Assembly (NCBI RefSeq): GCF_006345805.1
Contig: NC_043017.1
Coordinates: 19,716,001 to 19,780,000 of the forward strand
Length of the DNA stretch: 64,000 nucleotides
From: Octopus sinensis
Lineage: Eukaryota
Reading direction: 5' to 3'
A program made the position numbers and the translations under genes. The notes under the pieces were generated by a model. That model searched no databases and was not told the DNA's origin. It saw nothing but the letters and a program-made list of their open reading frames with translations. Positions 28,290 to 39,949 of this stretch are shown piece by piece (position 1 is the first letter of the stretch; every line of letters begins with the position of its first letter).

Positions 28290-28530
28290 GGTTAGGATGT
28301 TGCACTCATGATTGCCACAATGTGAGTTCGATTCCCAGACCAGTCAGCATCTTGTGTTCTTGAGCAAAACACATTTCACATTGCTCCAGTAACCCCCTTT
28401 TGATCAGCAGGGAATGCTGGCCTGTTTACCTGGCCAGTGGGGTAGGGTGGCATTGTTCAAAAAGCTACAACAATGCAAAGCGCATTGTGACAAGCAATGT
28501 GTAACAACTTCTGATATTCTGGTTGGTCAC
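28290..28530 (+). mobile_element. SINE family D (gttcgattccc head, ttgagcaaaacac CORE-like block)
   Basis: Related segments at 40790-41005 (-), 57535-58000 (-), 60200-60390 and 63690-63800. Confidence 0.65.
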
Positions 28531-28606
28531 GTGATGTGTGTATGTGTGTATGTATGTATATATATGTATATATATATATATATGTGTATATATATATATA
28601 TGTGTG

Positions 28607-28637
<31 letters not shown>

Positions 28638-28668
28638 GTATATATATATATATGTATATATATATATG

Positions 28669-28715
<47 letters not shown>

Positions 28716-29047
28716 GTATATGTGTATATATATATGTGTATAATATATATATATATGTGTGTGTGTGTGTATAAATATATATGTGTGTGTGTATATAAAT
28801 ATATATATATATGTTTGTGTGTGTGTATAAATATATATATATGTGTGTGTTTGTGTATATATATATGAAACTAGCCATTAGTGCTACACTGAGACATTGC
28901 TAAAAAAATAACACCAGTTGTGCGAGTGTTTTTGTTGTTTTTGTTTTTACCAACACTCAAAACGCACACATACATATTCACACAAACACACACATATGCA
29001 GGCACATACAGACACTTGGAGAACATAGATTGTATGAAATTCTGTAC

Positions 29048-29095
29048 CTGAAAGTAGCATTGGACTTAGGACTCCAGGAGGCAGCATTACTGTTT
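29048..29095 (-). CDS. Candidate 48-nt exon (TVMLPPGVLSPMLLS in phase 1 or NSNAASWSPKSNATF in phase 2)
   Basis: Acceptor cttgactatttcttccttcag| and donor CAG|gtacag; unique sequence; length is a multiple of 3. Confidence 0.4.
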
Positions 29096-29274
29096 CTGAA
29101 GGAAGAAATAGTCAAGTAACCACATCTAAGACAACGTTTTGTCATATTCAAACCAATAAGAATTAAAAAAACAAACACACACATACACCATATATAGTCA
29201 TCTAAGTATCTATAAGTCAGAAATAACAAGCACTTGTGCATTGGTCAATAAAGTGGGTATATTAATCTTAATGT

Positions 29275-29785
29275 TGGTCCATTTCAACAGATTTTACCAG
29301 TTGGTTTCACACAGGAAATTAGGTGACTACTTAACACTGTGCTCATCAGAGCTATCAGTCTTCTCACCATAACAACCCCAGAGTCCAGTATAGTACTGAT
29401 CACACCCAGCTATACATACACATGCATTTAAGGCTTGGCTGCTTCCCCTTCGCCTCCTTCTGATAACCTCCTGCACACATCAACACCTCACTTCCCACAC
29501 CCAAACCTCACTTTGCTGGAAGTTACCACTCATATTCTTTTTTTTTTTTTAGATAAGGAACATAACTCTTGATAGAGTCTTCCTCTGACTGTCTCCCACA
29601 GGTTCAATTCTGTCTTTTTTCACAGCATCCATAAACCAGAAGTGACATTTGCCGATCTCGATTAGCAGAGAGCTGTCACCAGTTTTTCCATGCTAGCTAC
29701 TCTGATGAGTGTGGCATTATGTATGTAACCATCAAATTTCCTGTGTGAAACTGATTGGTAAGATTGGCTGAAATGGTTCTATAAC
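29275..29785. mobile_element. Inverted pair of a repeat carrying an HHR-like core (copies about 29275-29360 minus and 29690-29785 plus)
   Basis: Both read ctCTGATGAG...ttcctgtgtGAAAC...gaaatgg; a third copy lies at about 34940-35045 (minus). Confidence 0.65.
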
Positions 29786-30789
29786 AATGTGCATCTTAAG
29801 ATTAGTAACCTACTCTAGTGACAAATATAACAAGTGCCTATTTTTTTCTGATTTTGGAATTTTTAGGCAACTATATACATTGGTATAATTGATGGGCTAC
29901 ATGAAAATGAAAGAAAATGGAGATATTTGTTTATTGAATATTCATTCATTTCCTTTTCAATTAATGTAATAATGATAATTAAAAAATAAACAAATGAAGG
30001 TAGGTTTCTGTACATACACACAAACACACATAAATATTTATTCATCTATATACACACATATATACATAAGTATATATATATATATATATTATAAATTATA
30101 TTAAAATCCATCAGATACCTTTGAAAAAAAGTTATTTCTAATCACTACGAAGGAATAATAATAATGATAATAATAATAATAATAATAATAATAATTAATA
30201 ATAATGATAATAATAATAATGATGATAATAATGACAACCAAAAATTTTCAAAAGGAATAAATAAAAAGATTTATAAATAAATAAAGTTGTCAGATTCATG
30301 TTAAACGCTGTCTAATGTTGTTAGAAACCTACAAACAATTTGGTGGGGGTAGAAAAGCCCATGTTAGATTTCTGCAACACCCAACCCACAGTATTCAGCT
30401 GGTGCCTTATTTCACACACACCTCACCACTCTCCTGATACAGTACAACCTTCAACAAGGGCCAATTGGGGAACCCCCCCACAGATCTGATGTCACCCTCG
30501 CAGCCAAAGGCAAGTATCCCCTTTTCCTGATCATCGTTCTCCACCGACAAGACAGTGCGCCACGTAGTTCCATCCACCAATTTCCACCCCTAATCATCCA
30601 CCTTTTGGTGCGTCCACAAGAGAACACTTCCACACCTCAACAGCGCCTTCCTTGTTTCTTGGCAATTACTGTTAGAATTTTAAGATTCTCAAGCAAGAGA
30701 AAAAAAATATAAAAGTCAGAAACAAAAAAAGAACAAAAAACACAAAAAAAACCAGGAATAAAATTAATTTTCGAAAAGTCACGTATTCT

Positions 30790-31004
30790 TTTATTCTTTT
30801 ACTTGTTTCAGTGATTTGACTGTGGCCATGCTGGAGCATTGCCTTAAAGGGTTTCAGTCAAAGAAATCGGCCCCAGGACTTATTCTTTGTAAGCCTAGTA
30901 ATTATTCTGTCGGTCTCTTTTGCTGAACCACTAAGTTACGGGGATATAAATATGCCAGCATTGGTTGTCAAGCGATGATGGGGAGACAAAGACACACAAA
31001 TATT

Positions 31005-31038
<34 letters not shown>

Positions 31039-31110
31039 CATATATCTACATACATATGACGTGCTTCTTTCAGTTTCCGTCTACCAATTCCACTCAAGGC
31101 TATTATAGAA
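30790..31110 (-). mobile_element. SINE family B
   Basis: tttacttgtttcagt...ggccatgctggagca...gaagacacttgcc. Confidence 0.85.
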
Positions 31111-31533
31111 GACACTTGCCTAAATGGGGCTATATATAGGTGTGTTCGTTGGTCTGTTTTCTTTCTGTTAATGATAAAGTTGTGGGGTTTTTTTTTATGT
31201 ATAAAGTGTGTATGTGATTATATATATATATACACACACATACACATACACACAAATATGTGAGAGAATCCACTATGTGGACGCTCTTACGCTAAAGAGA
31301 GATCCACATGAGTCGCAACCACTAAGAATTGTTCTCAAGAAAAATTTAGCACACTATGAATGTAAGTGAGCAGGACAAATGAAAAATAACAAAAATATAG
31401 ATTAACCCCAGACAACTGTTTCACTGTTAATAAATTATGCAATTTTACTTACGCAATTAATCTATATATATTCTCGAATTTGATGGACATTTAGCAGTAT
31501 GTAAGCCGACTCAAGAAATTTCTAGTAAGACTT

Positions 31534-31593
31534 TTTATTGATGTACCTGAAGAGACCCAGAATGGTGTCGAAACATGTGTTGTACCCAATAAA
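31534..31593 (+). ncRNA. Minimal type I hammerhead ribozyme motif (Penelope-like element type)
   Basis: Stem I TTTATTG-at-GTAC / GTAC-c-CAATAAA; core CTGAAGA; stem II GAC/GTC; GAAA; stem III AC-atgt-GT; cleavage triplet GTT at 31579-31581. Confidence 0.75.
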
Positions 31594-31761
31594 GTCTATT
31601 ACACATTCCATCTCCAATTTTATTAAAACTGTTATCACAACCACCACTACGAAGTTCCTGCAGTAAATCCATGGATAACAACAGGTAATCGGAACTGTGC
31701 CAGTGCTTTACTCATCATCCATTCGTACATTTTGTACAATTTCTCCATTATATATATATAT

Positions 31762-31961
31762 AACGGGAAGCTTTATGAAAATAAACAAAAGACGAAGGCA
31801 GGTGGAGTACAAACAAACAATTGTATTAGTATGGCGCTCAGGAATATAAATAAAACAAGTCTTTTATGTTTCGAGCCTATGCTCTTCAACAGAAAGGAAA
31901 CACGGAGAGAAACAAGGAGAGAAAAAAAATGCGTGCAGAAGCTAGCGAATCAACATGGCGA

Positions 31962-31965
<4 letters not shown>
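31762..31965 (-). mobile_element. Penelope-like terminal fragment in (TA)n; truncated copy at about 48738-48850
   Basis: Shared aaaataaacaaaagacgaaggcaggtggagtacaaac block; decayed HHR-like CTGTTGA-A-GAGC-atag-GCTC-GAAAC at 31867-31892 (minus). Confidence 0.6.
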
Positions 31966-32004
<39 letters not shown>

Positions 32005-32296
32005 TTCTTTAGAGACAGTTTTTATTGACTCTTATTAAACGTCAAGCTATTTTTCTTAACCAAATGGTTTTTACATATTATTTCATTGCATACATACTGG
32101 GATGGGCAGCATGGCAGGTTGTTGTGGATCTGGTCGTTAAATCATTGTATTTTGGGAACAATCGTGTTTATCATAGCTGTTTACTTAGCTAACAATCATT
32201 GAAGACTGAAATAGGAGTGAAATCTATTTTCTGTTAGAAACACTAAGACAAGCTATAGGTTTCATTGAGCAAAGCTAACAAATATATATATATATA

Positions 32297-32451
32297 TATC
32301 TATACAATAATATGTTACATTACTCGATAGTCAAGATAGCGTTTTCAAATAGCCAGATAACCGAAGAGATGTCGTGGATACCCACTTCGGCATCTGAAAC
32401 TCAGAGTTTTATCTTGACTATCGAGTAATGTAACATATTATTGTATAGATA
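32297..32451 (+). mobile_element. Perfect 42-bp inverted repeat enclosing an HHR-like fold
   Basis: 32297-32338 is the exact reverse complement of 32410-32451; see findings for the internal fold. Confidence 0.85.
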
Positions 32452-32516
32452 AATTTCCCCTATTTACATAATATTGCGGTCTCTTTCTTTCTTTTGTTAT
32501 CTTACCGTTTTACCAG

Positions 32517-32554
<38 letters not shown>

Positions 32555-32874
32555 ATTTATTTTATTTTAGAAGGTGTAAGCATAGCTGTGTGATTAAGAA
32601 GCCCGTTTTGCCATTGGTTTCTGGTTCCTGCCCAATGTGCGGCACCTGGGTATCCCCAGGCCGACCAATACCTTGTGAGTGAGTCTGGTCGATAGAAACT
32701 GCGTGGAAGTCCATTATGCGTGGGTATGTATATGTGTCTTTGTGTGTGTATGGAGAGAGAGAGAGATGTATACGACTTGCAATTATCTTAAGCTAATTAG
32801 ATCTCTGTACAAAATAATCCAAACTGTATGAAATTTCTGAATTAATCTAAAAGGCCAATTCAGTTTTTATATCA

Positions 32875-33035
32875 TCATCATCATCATCGTTTAGCGTCTG
32901 CTTTCCATGCTGGCATGGGTTGGACGGTTCAACTGGGGTCTGGGAAGCCAGAAGGCTGCACCAGGCTCCAGTCTGATCTGGCAATGTTTCTACGGCTGGA
33001 TGCCCTTCCTAATGCCAACCACTCCGTGAGTGTAG
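32875..33035 (-). mobile_element. SINE family C
   Basis: (atc)n gtttagcgtc...gctggatgcccttcctaatgccaaccactccg. Confidence 0.85.
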
Positions 33036-33879
33036 ATATGTTCGTAAATAAAATATTGCTGTAATATTTCATCTGGAACACTTATCTTTGCTCAAACCCC
33101 GCAGATCTCTCTTTTTCTGAGGAGAAAACTGCAAGTCCTGTTCACAGGGATCACCTTTTCCCCTTTCTCCAGACACTACCATTGAACATAGACTCACTCA
33201 CTTCTCTCACACATTCACCAATCACTTCGATCTACTTCTGATTTTTCACTCTTACGACACTATCGAATTGTAAATATAATTTTACAAAATTGAAGTAAAC
33301 ATCTTTTATGCATTATCAAAATACTTTCGCATTTTTCTATTTGATAACTTACGATCTGTATTTTTATTTTTATATAAATGTTTAAAAGTAATTTTATTAC
33401 TTTACTATTATATATATATATATTTTTGCTTCCCGTGCTTTACTATTCTATAAAGCTATGGAGATTTCTTTAACATGTTAAGAAATGGCACATTAACCAA
33501 TATAGTCATACATACATACACACGAGGGGATGTGTGTACATACACACACACGTGTGTGTATGTATATATATATATATATATATGAATATAAATAGGTAAG
33601 TTTAGTACGTATGCATATGGGACATATACACACACGTATGTACAATATAAACATAATGTATGTGCGTGCGTGTGTGAATATATCGATCGTCCGTAAATAT
33701 CCAGAGAAAGAAGCACAGTGTAAGCAGTATATATATTGAAGTTAGATAAGAGATTAGGCCGGTAACTTTAATATACACATACATGCAAAGCTATAGATAG
33801 ATGCACACATACACTGTGTGTAGATGCATAAACATAGATATAGACAGATACACGCGCACACAGATAGATAGAGACAGAT

Positions 33880-33965
33880 AGGTATATAGATAGATAGATA
33901 GATAGATAGATAGATGGATAGATAGATAGACAGACAGATAGATAGACAGATAGATAGGTAGACAG

Positions 33966-33996
<31 letters not shown>

Positions 33997-34130
33997 GATA
34001 GACAGACAGATAGACAGACAGATAGTTAGATAGGTAGATAGATAGATAGACAAATAGATAGATAGACAGATAGATAGACAGATAGACAGACAGAGAGATA
34101 GATAGATAGATGATAGATAGAGAGATAAAT
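33880..34130. repeat. (GATA)n/(GACA)n microsatellite
   Basis: Direct reading; a similar tract lies at 38425-38543. Confidence 0.95.
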
Positions 34131-34599
34131 GTAGTTAGATACACACAACACTTCTCATGCATGAATCCAGTGATTATTGAAATGGCCCAAACAATTTTTT
34201 CCCCGTTTTCATATTTCCTCTCAATATTCGTCTGTGTGTTTTTAAACAGATACACATCTAGCGCAGAAGCGCATATTCGCACATATATATGCATAAAACA
34301 ACTTTAAAAAAAAAGACGACGACCAATATACATGCAAAACATAAATACATTTAAAGTATTTTTCTCTCACACAAACCGACACTCACCACCACCACCACAC
34401 CACCAACTAACACTCAATAAATGAAAAAGAAAGAAAAAACAAACAAAAACAAAGAATAAAAGAGGAAGCCACTTCAATCTCAGAAACTTCTTGAAACGAA
34501 ACATCCATCTCTATCCAAAATTTTTACTTTCAAATGAATAGACAGCATTTCGACACTTATTTCCCCAAAGTACATTGATAGAAAAATGAATGAAAAATT

Positions 34600-34850
34600 G
34601 TATATTACTCTTTTACTTGTTTCAGTCATTTTGACTGCTGCCATGCTGGAGCAAGCACCGCCTTTAGTCGAACAAATCGACCCCCAGGACTTTATTCTTT
34701 GTAAGCCTAGTACTTATTCTATCGGTCTCTTTAGCCGACGTAAACAACCAGTATCGGTTGTCAAGCGATGATGGGGGACAAACACACACACACACATATA
34801 TATATACGACGGGCTTCTTTCAGTTTCCATCTGTCAAATCCACTCATAAG
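34600..34850 (-). mobile_element. SINE family B
   Basis: Matches the family B 3' half and ggaaactgaaagaagccc block. Confidence 0.85.
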
Positions 34851-35053
34851 GCGGCTCTGACCTCCAGTCCTAATTCTTTTTTCATAAACCGACAGCCAAC
34901 ACTAAACGGGGATATACCATCCGAAATATATAGTATTACATATCCATCACGGCTGATCTTAACAATCGGTTTCACACAAGGAATACAAAGGAGTGTTAAG
35001 TAACAATCCGATTATATATTTTACACTCATCAGAGTTAGCCAATATGGAAGGG

Positions 35054-35089
<36 letters not shown>

Positions 35090-35099
35090 ATGTGTGTGT

Positions 35100-35290
35100 G
35101 TGTGTATAAAAAAATATATAAAAATACAAAATGGGACAAGAACGCAAAACACTCAAATAAATGACACAAAAAACGGACGGGTCATTCGAAGACTCTAATC
35201 TTCAGTCAAGAACCGGATTATCCTCGCAATTTCGGCTGATTAATATATATATAGTACAAAGTAAGATAGGGGTTATGAGGGTAACCCACT
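35100..35290. mobile_element. Probable Penelope-like terminal fragment in (TA)n/(TG)n
   Basis: Minus strand carries CAGCCGAAATTGCG and CTGAAGA motifs; classification is inference. Confidence 0.35.
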
Positions 35291-35876
35291 ATGGGATATC
35301 AGTTATCCAATTAATTTGCATATTGATGTATATTGTTTTGTTCGATTTTCATGTTCCTAATTATATAATTAATAAATAATATGAAATTGCAATATCTGTA
35401 AGTTGATGATCGAATTTGTTCCTTCATTTTCTTATTTGTATATATATATTTATTATATACACATACATACACACACGACAGGCTTCCTCCTGGTTTCCAT
35501 CTTCCAGATACACTAACAAGACATTGGTCGGTCCAAGATTATAACTACAAGACACCTGTCCAAAGTTTCCACGCAGTGTGACTGAACTCGGCTTCATGTG
35601 ACTACAAAGCGAGTTTCTTAATCACAGTTACACCTGCGCCATCTTTCTCTCCCCATTCCAGACTTTATTCAATTATCATTTTGTTGTTGTTATTGCAACG
35701 TGGTTCCTCAACAATGGTCCTGGTGACAAAACAATGGACCGAACCGATTTTAGAAGAATCTTCTGAGCGTCTGACTTAATTGCTGTGAAGTATTTCTTCC
35801 AATTCTTTACGTTCTATGTTCGAATCCTATTGAGGCCAATTTAACATTCAGTCTCTCGGAGTTCAATAAAATAAAG

Positions 35877-35968
35877 GGCGGAGGTAAAGAATACGTACAC
35901 CACCCGTTTTCAGTGTAACAAAAAACCCTAACCCTAAACACCGGGTGTACGCATTCTTGATTTTCGCC
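35877..35968. mobile_element. 92-bp MITE with telomere-like core, nested in a SINE A copy
   Basis: 25-bp TIRs (20/25), 8-bp TSD AAATAAAG (35869-35876, 35969-35976), internal AACCCTAACCCTAA. Confidence 0.8.
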
Positions 35969-36229
35969 AAATAAAGTACGAGTCGATGTAATCGCTAAAA
36001 TAAATGGAACAGAAAATTCAGGTTAGGAATATTTCTTTAAAATATGGTGGAAGAAACCTTGGAAGATCATTCTTTTTAACCCTATGAAACCACGATCTCA
36101 CCAGTCAAAGACAAGAGCCCTCTAGTAAGAATAATTAATAATCAGTCGATGTAATCGATAAACTAAAGTACCAGTCGATGTAATCGACAACCTCCTCTTC
36201 ATAATTGCTGACCTTACACCAAGAGCGTT

Positions 36230-36612
36230 GGACAAAATACCTTCGACATTTTGTTCCCGCTCTTTGCGATCTGAGTTCAAAACCAGCCGCGGTTAACCTT
36301 ATCGTTCAAGGTTGATAAAATAAAGTAACAGTCAAGTACTGGAGTTGACAGCATCGACTAAGCCCTTACCCTTAAAAATTACTGGCCTTGGGACTAAATT
36401 AGAAACAACAACTTGTTGGAAACCCTCAGGTAGACTAGGTGCTTAGCGGCATTTCGTCTGTCTACATTCTACACTCAAATTGCACCGAGGTCTTCGTTGT
36501 GTTTCATTCCTTTCGGGGTCGATAAAATAGGTACCATTTGAGAACTAGGGTCAATGTAATCCACTAACCACCTTCCCCCAAATTTCAGGCCTTGTACCTG
36601 TAACAGAAAGGA
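36230..36612 (+). mobile_element. Two SINE family A copies
   Basis: ctgagttcaaa, ggggtcgataaaataggtacc and tttcaggccttgtacc blocks. Confidence 0.75.
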
Positions 36613-38432
36613 TTATTATTCTTACTAGAGGGCTCTTGTCTTTGACTGGTGAGACCGTGGTTTCGTTAACAGGAATAATCTTCCAAGGTTTCTCCACCAC
36701 ATTTTAAAGAAATATTCCTGGTCTGAATTTTCTATTTCATTTATTTCAATTGGTACCCGCTTTTATGTAAGAAATTCCACGTTGTATTGTCCTGTAAAGT
36801 CCCCAATGTTTCTTGCGAACCCTTAGCAGCGAATAAATAAAGCATCATTATTTCCGTTGTCATTTGCTCTCTACATTCTGAGTTCAAATCCCATCAAAGG
36901 CAACTGCTTCTTCCATCCTTTAGGGGTGTCGTTAAAGTCAAGTACTAGGGAAGTATGAGGGTCAAAATCGATTAAACCATTTCCCCTCATCTTTTAAATA
37001 GCTCACCTCCCACACAAACCATCGACTGCCCTTGTGATGTCCCCCTCCATATCTACACACGTGGTGAAAAGGAACCATTATTATTATTATTATTATCATT
37101 ACTGGTGATGTTGAAGTTTAATATGTCTGTGTGTGTGTGTGTAACTATGTACAAATGTGTTTAGAGAGAAAATTAAACTATTGGGGGGAAAAAAATTTAG
37201 CAAAATTTTAAGTAACTTAATTTATTTTCTCAATATTATCATGAAATTATTACATCATAAATATTAAGGATATGACTATAGAGAGAGGGAGTGTGTGTGT
37301 GTGAGAGAGAAAGAGAGAAATATTAGTTCTAAAATGATAAAAGGCTGTCTTACCTTCAGAATAAACATATTTCGATGTTTAAAAAAATAACTATTTATTA
37401 AGTGAAAGAGTTTGTGAAGACTGTACATCCATCCATCATATTACCAAATTTTCCTCAAAACGATGGGGAAAGCAAATAAATCGCCTCTTACTTTTTTCAC
37501 TTTGTCTACATTCATAAAACTGGTCTCTCTCTCTCCCTCCCTACTTCCCTATATAAACCTTTCTCTTTCCTTCACATTATAGCCCCCCCCCCCCGTGCTT
37601 ATCCCTCTTCCTTCCTTACATATATATAAATCACTCTTCCTCTCACTTCCCCTCCCTAGATGCTTCCCCCTCCCTTTCTCATAATATAAACGTGTGTCCA
37701 GGTGTGTGTATCCAGACATCTGTGTGTGTGTTCGCCTCTTTCTGTCTGTACTTGTATGAACGAGCGTATATAAACACCTGTAATGTAAGTTATGTATGTA
37801 TATGCCAGCGTGTATATAAACACACATACTATAGTACTCTCTGCTTCTGTATGTGTATGGATGGGTGTGTATGCGTGTGTTTATGGTGAATGAATGAATG
37901 GAGGTGTTGGGTGATATCTGACTTTGTTTATAATTCTGTATACATGAGGATGTAGATGTGTGTATACATACACATACGTATAGATATACACACACGCAGA
38001 CACACACATAATGTAGCTCAATGTGTCTGTTTATAATATATCGCATGTATGACACATGTGTATTGTGTGTGCGTACGTGTCTGTAGTGGATGTAGTGTAT
38101 ATATATGTGTATACATGCCACACTCTTCTTCCTCTGTTTCTCTCTCCATCTATCTACCTATCTACATCATCTCTCTCTCTCTCTCTCTTTATATGTGTTG
38201 TTGTGTGTGTGTGTCTAGCTTTCAGTGTCTGTCTGCTTATCTTGATGTCTATACATAATTCTGAATAAATTCATTTTTCACCACACACACACAAACACAG
38301 ACACGAACGAGTGTGTTGTAAGATTTGTATGCAGATATTTCAATGAAAGCGTGAGAGAATATGGAAAGAATGAATGAATAAGAGGGAAAGAAAGAGAGAA
38401 TGAAGAGATTATCAGAGAAAGAGATAGATAGG

Positions 38433-38543
<111 letters not shown>

Positions 38544-38709
38544 ATTTCTTTACTACCCACAAGGGGCTAAACACAGAGAGGACAAACAAGGACAGACAAA
38601 CGGATTAAGTCGATTATATCGACTCCAGTGCGTAACTGGTACTTATTTAATCGACCCCGAAAGGATGAAAGACAAAGTCGACCTCGGCAGAATTTGAACT
38701 CAGAACGTA
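38544..38709 (-). mobile_element. SINE family A, head-truncated
   Basis: High identity to 41029-41260. Confidence 0.9.
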
Positions 38710-39183
38710 GATAGATAGATAGATAGATAGATATGTTTCTTTATTAGCCACACAGGGCTGCACACAGACAGGACAAAATTACAAGGTAGAGCTTTTCTTT
38801 TGGGGGTAAAAGAAGGGGGTTTGGTTTTTGATCAAAAGGGATCGTAAATGGAAAGAAAGAGGACAAAAAAGGGGGGGGGGATAAAATAAAATTAAAAAAA
38901 AAAGATAGATAGATAGATAGATAGATTGGGCGAGAGAGGGGGAGACAGGAAAAGGTAAAGAAAGAAGGAATAAGGGTATGAGAGAGATAGATTGATAGAC
39001 AGAGGAAGAGAGAGGAGCAGTTTAAGGGAAAAGTAAATAAAGTGAGCGTAAGATAAAGTTGTGTTACTGATGTGATAAGAAATAGTGTGTATATATATCT
39101 ATGTATGTACGTTCTAAAACACACCACTGTGCTGTTGGCTACTCAGTTTCACGCCTACACTTACATACATTCATATATATATA

Positions 39184-39695
39184 CTAGCAGTATCGCCCGG
39201 CGTTGCTCGGGTTTGTAAGGGAAATAACTATATAAGCATTTTTAGTGAGTTATAGCAAAAAAATGCATTAAAAATGGAATAAAAAATGATGGTAATTTTG
39301 GTGTCTTCAAGCCATGAAGTCGTTGTTCTAAAAGAACGCTGGTCTCCTTGACAACGCTTTACGACGTTGATTTCCTTACACTGCCTTCCCCACAGCTTCA
39401 CGAGGGAGGGAAGAAGGGGGAGAAGCAAACAGGTGCAGGTGTGACCATGGACGCCAACTCCGCCGCCATCGACACACGAAAAAAAATGCACTAAAATGGA
39501 ATAAAAAATGATGTTAAATTATTTTTAAAATCGTAGACTCATCGTAGACGCGCGCTAATACTCAGACGGGCTCGATACGAATCACGACTATAAGATACCC
39601 GAATTTGGTTAAACTGCACTGCAAAATGTGGGAGTAGTTAGGAATCTAAATCGAAGGGGACAGACACTCACACAACTACAGTTTTATATATATAT
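39184..39695 (-). mobile_element. Non-autonomous Helitron with ~185-bp extra internal segment
   Basis: Minus-strand 3' end CCCGAGCAACGCCGGG hairpin + CTAG|T; body matches the 46591 and 48351 copies. Confidence 0.8.
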
Positions 39696-39949
39696 ATATA
39701 CATACACAGACAATTATGTGCACACATAAATTTGCATAGGAGAGGGAGGAGGGGAAGGCATTCAAGCAATTTTTAATAAAACACGACTGTGTTTAAGATC
39801 ATTTTTGTTTTAAAATTTTTTTTCTTCTTATTTCTTAATCAGTACTTTGTTTCGTTGAAATATGAAAAAAACATTCTCACTAAAATAGATCGCGCTTAAA
39901 CATATTTTTGATATCGTCGTGTGTGTGTGTGTGTATGTATCTATCTATC

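Noticed and set aside
30340-30670. GC-richer segment that looks TE-derived
   Set aside because: No termini, TSD or protein motif could be identified, so it was left unclassified.
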